Below are positions 9,776 through 21,129 of a stretch of 64,000 nucleotides of DNA, one piece after another (position 1 is the first letter of the stretch; each line of letters opens with the position of its first letter). A program made the position numbers and the translations under genes. Origin of the DNA: Macrostomum lignano (taxonomy: Eukaryota); assembly GCA_002269645.1 (NCBI GenBank), contig NIVC01001126.1, forward strand, positions 62,001 to 126,000. The letters run 5' to 3'. The notes under the pieces were generated by a model. That model was not told the origin of the DNA, did not search any database, and worked only from the letters and a program-made list of their open reading frames with translations.

Positions 9776-12699
9776 TCAGTCCATTGGCGGTAAGTCTTCA
9801 AATGAGTAGCCATCGTGGCCATGGTATGCTCGAATAATGTAGACCAAGTAGTAAACTAAAAAAATTCAATTACGAGTAGTATTGTTGGCATCTGAATTCT
9901 AGAATTTAAAATATTGCTTAATTTTTCTACCACAAGTAGTGCACATAGCATCCCATATACTAAAAATGTTTTTCTAAAATATAATTTTAGACTAATGTAC
10001 TTACTTCCTGGCACAAAGATGACAAGTCCGCCAATGACAAAGACCAGATTGTAGAGCGCACTGGGCTGCTTGGCAGTCAGGGCGGCACCGATGCTGCACA
10101 GCACTGATAGGAAATGAGGCATGCGATTGTGACTGAGAGGATTCAGGACAATAAACTATGATTCAGTAGTCTTATTATAAACCTTCAAAACGGATTTTGT
10201 GCAAACAAACTCTGCTCGGCACTGTTAGTAAACCATCGCTATAAAAGCACTAAAAAGTAGTGCAACAATGGCAGTGTGTATAAAAATAGCTTACCAATAC
10301 CAAAAACGCAAAAGAATGTCGATATGAGAATAATCTTCTTGTGCTGTTGTAAATCGGAATTTGACAGACAGCTACAATATAATTTTAAGATTAAAAAACT
10401 AAGAACAGGCAAACACATTACTAGCAGTAATAGGAAAGTACTCGTATATTTTAATTAATTCACTAACCTGGGACCCACTCGTATTATCCAAGCATTAAAT
10501 TTATTTAAATTTTTATGGCTAGTCGAAGGCTTCCCAGTTGAATTAGCTTTCGGAGTTGTTGATGAAGCTGTCTCGGTTGTCATAGCAACGGAGGACGACC
10601 TGCTAAAGGGAAAACAAAAAAATACATGTTTAGGTTAGCATCAAAACAAGCGGGGTACAATGTAAAAAAACTAGGCAAGTGACTAACTTTGCATTCGCAT
10701 CCGCCAATGGTTGCATTTCTTCGCCCTCCGCCTTAGCAACCGTTGCCATGCCAGCGTGAATTTTCCAGTGCTGAAAACAAGCAGACGCATGCATGACAGC
10801 GGCTTTGAACAATAAATTTTGGTGTAAAATTTACACGTAAAATAGCACTAAATAATGCTACTACAATAATGGCACCTTCAGGACAAATATTTTAACCTTC
10901 AGGACGGTAGTACAACCTTAAAGACTGATACGGAAACCTTCAACGCATATATTGACACTTTCAAGATAGGTATTTTTAACACGTGCAGGACAGGTATTGA
11001 AACCTTTAGAACAGATATTGACCCCTTCAGGACAGATATTGACCCCATAAGGACAGGTATTGACACCTACAAAACAGATATTGATACCTTCAGGACAAAT
11101 ATTTGACACTTTCATGACAGGTATTGAAAAGTTCAGGACAGATGAGATATTGACACCTTCAGGACAGGTATTAAAAAGTTCAGGACAGCTATTGACACCT
11201 TCAGGGCAGATATTGACGCCTTCAGGACAGATATTGACACCTTCAGGACAGATATTGACACCTTCAGGACAGCTATTGACACCTTCAGGACAGATATTGA
11301 CACCTTCAGGGCAGATATTTGACACTTTCATGACAGGTATTGAAAAGTTCAGGACAGATGAGATATTGACACCTTCAGGACAGGTATTAAAAAGTTCAGG
11401 ACAGCTATTGACACCTTCAGGGCAGATATTGACACCTTCAGGACAGATATTGACACCTTCAGGACAGATATTGACACCTTCAGGACAGCTATTGACACCT
11501 TCAGGACAGATATTGACACCTTCAGGGCAGATATTTGACACTTTCATGACAGGTATTGAAAAGTTCAGGACAGATGAGATATTGACACCTTCAGGACAGG
11601 TATTAAAAAGTTCAGGACAGCTATTGACACCTTCAGGGCAGATATTGACACCTTCAGGACAGATATTGACACCTTCAGGACAGATATTGACACCTTCAGG
11701 ACAGCTATTGACACCTTCAGGACAGATACTGACACCTTCAGGACAAATATTTGACACTTTCATGACAGGTATTGAAAAGTTCAGGACAGATGAGATATTG
11801 ACACCTTCAGGACAGGTATTAAAAAGTTCAGGACAGCTATTGACACCTTCAGGGCAGATATTGACGCCTTCAGGACAGATATTGACACCTTCAGGACAGC
11901 TATTGACACCTTCAGGACAGCTATTGACACCTTCAGGACAGATATTGACACCTTCAGGGCAGATATTGACGCCTTCAGGACAGATATCGACGCCTTCAGG
12001 ACAGATATTGACGCCTTCAGGACAGATATTGACACCTTCAGGACAGCTATTGACACCTTCAGGACAGATATTGACACCTTCAGGACAGATATTGACACCT
12101 TCAGGGCAGGTATTAAACAGTTCAGGACAGATATTGACGCCTTCAGGACAGATATTGACACCTTCAGGACAGGTATTAAACAGTTCAGGACAGCTATTGA
12201 CACCTTCAGGACAGATATTGACGCCTTCAGGACAGATATTGACACCTTCAGGACAGGTATTAAACAGTTCAGGACAGCTATTGACACCTTCAGGACAGCT
12301 ATTGACACCTTCAGGACAGATATTGACGTCTTCAGCACAGATATGGAAATCTTCAGAGCAGACATTAAAACCTTAAGAATACACATTGCAACCTTTACGA
12401 GCTTTATCATGATACATTCATGGATCGACATCTACTAATAGACACTCGCATCTTCAAGAATAACATTGATACTTTCGAGGATGTACAGTCTGAAATACAC
12501 AAATGTACATCAGGAATCATGAGGTGCCTCAAACCCATGGTACATACGCAGCACTGCACAGTTCACAATAACAGCGGCTAGCAGCTACCTGAACTCCGTC
12601 AGCCTCCTCGCCAACAGTGCCATAGTCGGAAAGTCTCGGCTGCTGCAAACGTTGGGAATCGAAGGAGCCAGCGGCCTGGCTGGAACCGCCTGATTGCAT
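9776..12699 (-). CDS. TMEM134: TMEM134/TMEM230-family small membrane protein, 5 exons
   Basis: Phase-consistent GT-AG exons 12699-12589, 10770-10688, 10599-10468, 10132-10005, 9855-9776 (~177 aa). C-terminus VFVIGGLVIFVPGIYYLVYIIRAYHGHDGYSFEDLPPMD matches the family signature; the long Ser/Thr-rich N-terminus favours TMEM134 over TMEM230. Confidence 0.65.
10870..12375. repeat. 21-bp minisatellite (tattgacaccttcaggacaga) with a 216-bp higher-order repeat, in TMEM134-like intron 1
   Basis: 7-aa periodicity in the ORF track (LTPSGQI). The variant block tttgacactttcatgacaggtattgaaaagttcaggacagatgag recurs four times at 216-bp spacing. Confidence 0.95.
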
Positions 12700-12863
12700 G
12701 CCGTTCTGTTTTGCTTCTGGCAATCGCGAATTTAAACAAGCAGCTTCTCAGTCTCACGCTCAGCTCCTAGATTTTGTGGCATGCAATTGTAGAAACCAGG
12801 ATGTTATCAACTATTAGCAGTTTATTAACATAATACAAAGGAGTACTGAAAAATAACAGAAAG

Positions 12864-12914
12864 ACAGACAGAAACAAAAACAGACGACAGACAGACAGAC
12901 ACTAAGACAGACAG

Positions 12915-12997
<83 letters not shown>

Positions 12998-13005
12998 GGC
13001 AGACA

Positions 13006-13035
<30 letters not shown>
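12864..13035. repeat. (GACA)n microsatellite
   Basis: Direct reading of agac/gaca tetramers. Confidence 0.95.
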
Positions 13036-13036
<1 letters not shown>

Positions 13037-14067
13037 AATTGGCATAGAATATATAATACTGGTTAAAACAAATGAAAAACCAAATGGGAAGCATTGGAAT
13101 CAAGCGCAAAAAAACAGCCGAATGCCGCCGCTAGGTCAAGCAGGAGGCACACTAACAGCAGCTTATTATTGCTTTTTAATTCAACAAGTTATTAGCTATA
13201 CAAACATTACTAAATACGTCAATACGCATATTTACAATGATTAGTCCGATAATTTAGTAAGACAATAATTACAATAGCTATATCATATAGCTGCATAATG
13301 CATACTTTTATTATAATACAATACTAATGTGTTGGAGCCTGATTACTTAAGAAGCTTCATCGTTGTAGACTCAACTAAATATTTGAAACAACGACAAACT
13401 AATAAGTACAATCCGTCAAATAAGGTTCAATATAAGCATGGTTTTGTTTTACGAGTACAATACAAAATAAGACGCAATTCACTTACTATCAGTAGCGTGC
13501 AATAGGAAAAAGTCTAAACTGACTAATTATACAAATTTAAAATGGAAAGAATCGTTAAAAAACTGAATTACCAGATAAGAAATAAATAGAAGACAGGCAA
13601 ACCAATTACAGAGGCAATTACAAGCAATAAAAACAGAAAAAACTGCATGACCAGGTGCACAATAATTCCCGGTTAAAATCGTTCAACACTAAATGATAAT
13701 TATAAACTTCATTTAGTAAATCTATTTACAATTTAGGATAGACAGAACAAACAGAACAGGCTTATGCGAAAAGTACAAATAGTTACTAGAACTTTGTAAG
13801 TGAGTAGAAATTATTAAATAGACAAAATTTAAAACACAAAATTGTAAAAGTCAATAATAATTAAACAAACATTAGCTCGCAAAAAATTAACTCCCAACTA
13901 GACAGCACAAAACAGAAAAGACACAACACACACGGACTGGCATGCAATCTATGTAATGCATATATAGGATTCCGTAGTAATGGAGAGCGACTTATTTGCC
14001 AGGCTACTTTAAAATCATTAGAAAAAGTGACACATATACCTTTAAAAATCCACCTTCTTAGAGCTTC

Positions 14068-15150
14068 GATTCAAAATCTCACCTTTCAGATCCTAGATTC
14101 AAAATCTCACCTTTCAGATCCTAGATTCAAAATCTCACCTTTCAGACCCTAGATTCAAAATCTCACCTTTCAGATCCTAGATTCAAAATCTCACCTTTCA
14201 GATCCTAGATTCAAAATCTCACCTTTCAAATCCTAGATTCAAAATCTCACCTTTCAGATCCTAGATTCAAAATCTCACCTTTCAGATCCTAGATTCAAAA
14301 TCTCACCTTTCAGATCCTAGATTCAAAATCTCACCTTTCAGATCCTAGATTCAAAATCTCACCTTTCAGATCCTAGATTCAAAATCTCACCTTTCAGATC
14401 CTAGATTCAAAATCTCACCTTTCAGATCCTAGATTCAAAATCTCACCTTTCAGATCCTAGATTCAAAATCTCACCTTTCAGATCCTAGATTCAAAATCTC
14501 ACCTTTCAGATCCTAGATTCAAAATCTCACCTTTCAAATCCTAGATTCAAAATCTCACCTTTCAGATCCTAGATTCAAAATCTCACCTTTCAGATCCTAG
14601 ATTCAAAATCTCACCTTTCAGATCCTAGATTCAAAATCTCACCTTTCAGATCCTAGATTCAAAATCTCACTAATCAGATCCTAGATTCAAAATCTCACCT
14701 TTCAGATCCTAGATTCAAAATCTCACCTTTCAGATCCTAGATTCAAAATCTCACCAATCAGATCCTAGATTCAAAATCTCACCAATCAGATCCTATATTC
14801 AAAATCTCACTAATCAGATCCTAGATTCAAAATCTCACCAATCAGATCCTAGATTCAAAATCTCACCAATCAGATCCTAGATTCAAAATCTCACCAATCA
14901 GATCCTATATTCAAAATCTCACTAATCAGATCCTAGATTCAAAATCTCACCAATCAGATCCTATATTCAAAATCTCACTAATCAGATCCTAGATTCAAAA
15001 TCTCACCAATCAGATCCTAGATTCTAAGTCTCACGAATCACACGGAATCAGATCCTAGATTCTAAATCTAATCAATCAAATCTTAGATTCAGGGTCTCAC
15101 GAATCAGATCGTAGATTCAAAATCTCATCCAACTGATCCTAGATTACAAT
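14068..15150. repeat. 28-bp minisatellite (gatcctagattcaaaatctcacctttca), ~34 regular copies plus a degenerate tail
   Basis: Direct reading; lies just 3' of the ATF7IP-like stop codon. Confidence 0.95.
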
Positions 15151-15248
15151 GAGTTGCAGTCGACTAGTACAATATAACGGACATAAATATTAGAATTATT
15201 GGCATGTTAAGACAAGCTTGGATATGATTAGCATACAAGAACTAGCAA

Positions 15249-18200
15249 TCAAGCCCTCAGCACGGTGCCCATAAACTGCTGCTGCGAGCCGGTCCTCATA
15301 TTTGCAGCCGAGGAGCCGGGCGAAGGGCGCACCGCCTGAAGCGGCACCGGAACGGAGCAGACGTTGCTCCACCTGCCAAATCTATTATAGACGTCCAGAG
15401 CTCGGACGGCAAAGTGAAACATACTGCCGGCTTCGATCTGGGTCAGGCTGCACGACATCGGCAATGGTAGAGCCTTCACGTCGCCAACTTTGGCCCACGG
15501 ACACGAAGGCGGTTGTCGGCGACGCGGCTGCCGCTCGTCTAGCACCTCCGAGTAGCTCCAGATCTCGTAGGCTTTCACGCCGGCGTGTAGATGGCTGACG
15601 TCAGTTAGATCCCACTGTAGGGTGACGCCTTCGGGCGTCCGCTCCAAGGTTAGCGTAGCCCTGGACGGCGGCAACTTGCTGGTGGAGACGGCCGACAACG
15701 GGGCTGGGGTCACCGGCAGTGGGGCCGGCAGACTGCGATCTGATTGTAAACGTTTTTTGTGGGCTTCTAGTTATGATCTTATGGAACCCTTTTAATAGAT
15801 ATTAGAAATCCAAACTGAATCGTTTTTTCGATACATATCGGCTATTTATTCTAAATAGCTTTTCGATACATATCGGCTATTTATGCTAAATAGCTTTTCG
15901 ATACACATCGGCTACCTATGCTACATAGTTCTCTGCGATACATGTCAGCCATCTACGTTAAAGATTTTTTCGATGCATATCGGATATTGTGTGTAAACTT
16001 CTCTACTGATGCTGAAATTTATGATAGAGCAGATATACAACAAAACTATTGTTGTCTAAATAACTTCGAAATTAGAAAAACTATAAAGCCTACCTTTGCG
16101 AGTAGAAACAGCGGTAGAACCTGCAACTCCAGTTCGCGCTTTTCTACGCTCAGCCCCGATAAGTCCACGCAGATTCGATGATGCAGCCTGTGGCTCATCC
16201 TCAGAAGTCAAGTCGATAGTGATAGCCGAGTTTGGCATTTGACGTGTCGCAGCGGCGGGCATTCGATTCGATGAATTTGCTGGCACCTGTTGAACTGCTG
16301 GTTGATGATGCAATCTAAGCTGTTGATGTTGCTGCTGATGATGATGCACTGGATGCTGAGCAGGAGCTTGAAGCATCACAACAGCCTGTTGATGCTGATG
16401 CTGCTGCTGATGATGAACAGCGGCCGCAGTCGGTGCCGGATTGTGAACCGCCTGTTGCTGAGCGGCTGCCATCGCCGAGGCGACGCCAATATTTTGCGCG
16501 CTGGGGCGGCCACTTTTCTGCATTAGAATCTCCGTATCTAATCGTCTATTCATAGTAAGCAGAGACCGCATTTTATTCTGCTGTTTGTCGAGTTTCTCCT
16601 TAAGAAATCTGACATCGCGTTCTAGGCGAAATATTCGATTAGACACCATACTGGTAACTTCGGACAGAGCCGGCAGAGTGAACGGCGGTACGTAGAGGTG
16701 ACTTTCCTGATTGGATGTTTCTAAGACAGCGTCAAGACTGGGAAGAATCGATGAGTCGGTTCGACTGCGCTTAGCTGACGAAGTGCCGTCATGTGATTCA
16801 CTGTTGCGAGTGTTGCCATGACTCCTATTGTCACTGCTAGCAGCCACGCTAGCTACTGAAGGCTGATTATCAGCCGATTGCGAGCTAGCCGTTGCGGCTC
16901 CGGAAATAACTGCCTGCGGTCGCTTTCTAGAATTTGCAGCGCTAGTTGTATTGTCCGCTTCATCGTCGCTTAAAGTCAAATCGATCATTGTCGAACTGCC
17001 CGGCGTTGGTCGAGCTCGAATGGCTGGCGGGTGTTTAGCAATAGTGGACGGCTCTTTGGGTGTATCATTAGTAGCTTTATTACCATCATCGGCTTTGCTT
17101 TTTTCTGTTTGTGCAGCAGCTACCTGAGAATCTACCTGTTCTTGATCGTTCTTACTGTTGCTATTGGTCTGATCTGTACTCATAGGACGGTCAATTAGTT
17201 CAGAGTTGCTAGGCAACTCAATACCGGCATTGATTTCCGAAACCGTTGCTTCTTTTGCATTTGAGTCTGCGTCTATCTGATTAGTGGGTTCATTGCTACC
17301 CGGAAGCTCAATATCAACATTCGACTCGGTAGCAATCGCTTCTCTTTCAATAGAATCGGCTTCAGTATTTGTAGACAGTTTAGCAGCAATGTTAGTGGGA
17401 CTGGGGCTACGACCCTTTTCAGTTGCAGTCTCTGTCTGTTGAACTGAATCGCCTTGTTTAGCAACTGACGTCTCTGCAGTATTCAAGTCACAATTTGGTT
17501 GGCTTGTTTTGGCTACTCCAGACTTTTGCTGGTCAGACTTTAATTCACCAATATCATCAAGAAGATCAGAAGATTCGTTAACATTTAAAACTAATTCAAC
17601 TTCGGAGTCAACGTGTTCAGACTCGTCAGCTTGAGCCAATTGATCACTAGTCTCCCCTTGATTGTTTGATTGACAGCTGTCAATCACTTCAACAAATGAG
17701 CTTGAAAGATTGTCTGCAGTGCGCTCAGAGGTTGCAGCAGTGGGCTCTATTTGATTGGAAACAGGCTCTTGATCATCATCAGTACCAGGCTCTTGGTGAT
17801 TTAAAGCAGGCTCTATTTGATCAGAAGCTGGCTCAATATGATGAGAACGAGATACTTTATGGTCAAAACCAGGCTCTTGATGATCAGAAGACGGCTCTTG
17901 GCGATCAGAAGACGACTCTTGGTAATCGGAAGACGGCTCTTGATGATCAGAAGACGGCTCTTGCTGATTAGAGGACGGCCCTTGATGATCAGAAGACGGC
18001 TCTTGATGATCAGAAGACGGCTCTTGATGATCAGAAGACGGCTCTTGATGATCAGGAACAGGCTCAGCTTGCCTATCATCAGTGTTAGCAGTTTCAATAG
18101 GGGAATCCATGGATTCTTGAGCAGCAAATTGCCCTGCTATATCAGCTGGATTTACTACAGCAGTCTCAGAACTTTCATCATCAGCTCTAGATGGTTGCAA

Positions 18201-18341
18201 AACCTCAGCAGACTTAAAGGGATTGATGTTATTATCTTCAGCAACTAATTCATTAGAGTTGCTATTGTTTGCTAAAGAATCAACTTTGTTGTCATCTGTG
18301 CCAGTAATGCAACCATTGGCAGGTGCAGATGTGTCATCCAT
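15249..18341 (-). CDS. ATF7IP: ATF7IP/MCAF1/Windei-like SETDB1 cofactor, 2 coding exons
   Basis: Exons 18341-16094 and 15739-15249 join in frame (GT at 16093, AG at 15741-15740). C-terminal FN3 domain with the hallmark W-KVGDVKALPLPMSCSLTQ...FHFAVRALDVYNRFG, preceded by LPAPLP; coiled coil IFRLERDVRFLKEKLDKQQ; SIM-like IDLT + acidic motifs. Confidence 0.9.
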
Positions 18342-18712
18342 GTGAATATATAGTTGATTGGGAAAACTCTATTGTAGCAAATATTTTATCTGAAAAAAAT
18401 AAAGAATATATTTTAGTAGTATCAAGACCAAAAGTTTATCATAGGTTATTAGGTATATAATGATGAATGAATAAATAGAAAATGTATAAATGCTTATTAC
18501 AACTATAGTTAGCTAAAATATTTTAATCATTAAAATTATAGTGCCATTTTGCATTATACTAGGTCTAAACTCAGGGGTTACCAAATTAAATACCATATCT
18601 AAACTTTTAGGTATAATCCAATTTGATCAAATTAAATCAATGACAAAAAAATTGTAGAAATATACAAATTGCTATAATCATAAAATACAACAAGCAACAT
18701 GTTTTATAGATT

Positions 18713-18820
18713 AAGGGTTGGCAAACACCAGCCCAAGGGCTATACATGACCCTTAAAGCCTCTCTATCTAGCACTTGGGTCTTTTGAAACTTCACAATGG
18801 CAATCTGGTCTACTCAAGTA
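18713..18820 (+). mobile_element. Eroded left end of a hAT (Charlie-like) MITE
   Basis: agggttggcaaac resembles the cagggGTCGGCAAAC hAT end. 18756-18818 aligns to the CpG-intact copy at 58239-58300. A matching right end gtttgccgacccctg is at ~63546-63560. Confidence 0.6.
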
Positions 18821-19175
18821 TATATGCATAATAGTCAGCCAAGTTGGCCAATCTAGCTGACCAATTTGGAGGCCAACCAAGGTAAGTTGCAAAAATGCCC
18901 TCCCAAATAAATATCCAAGTAGTACTAAGTAAATAATGAGGAATTTTGTCATAGCGGAATGGGCGCCTGCGCCTTCCCGCTGTGTCCCTTCCGAGACAGC
19001 CCTGCAGCTAAGAGGAATTTTGTCTTAATAAGACAATCATAGTTATTCCTGCCATTTATCCTAAATTTCATTAATTTGCTTAAGGGTTTCTTTTACATAA
19101 AAGTTGCATTTTTGGCCAAAAACTATGTTGCATTATTTGTTAAAACTAAGTTGCACAGCAGACCAAATTTTGGAT
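18820..19175 (+). mobile_element. Eroded copy of MITE family A carrying a 61-bp insertion
   Basis: ggtaagttgcaaaaatgccc...agggtttcttttaca...aagttgcatttttggccaaaaa matches 1780-2070 and 27850-28077. Confidence 0.65.
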
Positions 19176-20242
19176 ATTGTGCATATCTTTTATCTCTGCT
19201 TAGCTCTTTCCTTTTTCTCTTTTCTTTCTCCTTTTTCCTTTTTTATTTTTTTGTCTTTCAACCTTTTTCTATAATTAATAAGGCTATATTATTAAGGCTA
19301 TATAGAAGCCCAAACAGGCTTCTTGCCTGAGCCAACTTACTACTACTAGGACGCAGAGCTAGCTCAAAAATAAGCTCAGCAAAGTCTGTCTCACTAATTA
19401 AAAGTGAGGGTTAGACTAGACCTAACAGCTAACGTGCTAGGCCTAAATTAATTTAAAAGTAAAAATTTAGCCTGCTCTGGTGGTCTTTTGTACAATTAGT
19501 ATCACTAGTACAGTAATCGCATAAACATCCCAACTATTAAATCAAATTTAGCCTCGGACCTGTCTTAGTCTTAGCACTATCCACTGACCACTATGCAGTA
19601 TTGCTTGCCCTTTTCACTTTTAGATTAGGTACAGGGCGTATAGGCCATGGTATATAGGCCTATACTTGTATTGTTTTATCTGCTAACAAGTCATTAAAGC
19701 CACATTAGTCATAGCCTAAGCCTAAGTTACCTAAGCTTACTAGGTCTGTCTAGCTTCTTTAGTGGAATAGCTTATTTCTGATCTGTAATTCTAAAAATAT
19801 TGGAATTATGGAAAAGCACAATTCTGTGGAATTATATGACAAACTATCTGATAAAAATAGTCACACAAGTCTAGTACATCTATCATTTATGAAATATCAA
19901 CTCATTTTTTATATTTCATTGCTATTGCCTATCTCACTATCTGTTATTATTATATTATATTTCTATCTAATTTTTTATACAGTCAATGCTATGCTAATAA
20001 TAATAATAACAATAACAATATTATTAGGCGTAGATAGTTAGCAAACAATATTGGCATTCCTTTGGTTTATGATCATTTTTCCACCCGTATTTCGGTTCAC
20101 AATCCTATGTAATTTTTCATATAAATGATCATAGCTTGCTTGAAATAAACAAAAATTGTTAAACTGAGCTTATTTGTTACATTAAAAAAAACTGAACGGA
20201 ATAGCCGACAAATGGTTTCTTTTATGGCATGGCGATGACAAG

Positions 20243-20794
20243 GATCCTATATATCCACTTCGGTTTACGATCATTTAAATGGAAGCAATACATGTAAATG
20301 ATCGTGAACCGAAGCTAGCATATGTGTATAAGGGGGTTTTAGTGTTTTACAAGCTCTATCTGAAATCGATCACTATCTCAATACATGGCTAGCTTTGGTT
20401 CACGATCATTTACATGTTTTTCTTCCATTTAAATGATTGTGAACCGAAGCTGAGGGGGGTGTTGAAGACATGTAGTCATATATTTATTTGGTGGCTTGTT
20501 GGCAATTGAAATGTCATCTTGAGTTAATGTGCGCTCCCAAGTAACTTGATACTTTATTATTCTCTGCACACTGCCACCCCCCCTCAGCTTTGGTTTACGA
20601 TCATTTAGATGTAAGCAATAGATATAAATGATTGTGAACCAAAGCTAGCCATGTATTGAAATAGTGATCGATTTCAGATAGAGCTTGTAAAACACCAAAA
20701 CCCCCTTACACACATATGCTAGCTTCGGTTCACGATCATTTATATGTATCTCTTCCATTTAAATGATCGTAAACCGAAGTGGATATATAGGATC
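20243..20794. mobile_element. Foldback-type element: ~217-bp inverted arms, 118-bp spacer, two hairpins nested in each arm
   Basis: 20243-20459 is the reverse complement of ~20578-20794 (roughly 90% identity by eye). The unit cttcggttYacgatcattta occurs in both orientations. Confidence 0.85.
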
Positions 20795-21129
20795 ATCTTT
20801 GGATTCTTGGAACTGTGAAATGGATCACTATAACCCCTTTACCTTCTTTTTTCATTTGAACATGCAGCTAGTGTTATGATGGATAAATAAAAAGGATTGG
20901 AGTGCTTGTCTACTGATTTTTTTGCATTTTGATGAAATAGACAACAATTTTGTATTTTCCCTATCTCTCCAATGGGGATCGTCACTAATTTCAATGATCG
21001 TAAACCAAAGGAATGCCACAATATTATAAAGCAAAGAACTATTTCAAGGCCTAGGCGTGATACATGAATATAATCTACTTTGGTAACAGCCATTTTAGGT
21101 TTAGTAACAAAGCAGATTTACAACTGTCA

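Noticed and set aside
10918-12431. 438-aa, 281-aa and 216-aa ORFs with heptad repeats
   Set aside because: They arise from a 21-bp intronic array whose unit length is a multiple of three; no domain or splice support
14068-15025. 28-bp array resembling CRISPR repeats (also 34715-35393, 36470-37200, 55400-56833)
   Set aside because: Units are contiguous with no unique spacers, there are no cas genes, and the context is eukaryotic
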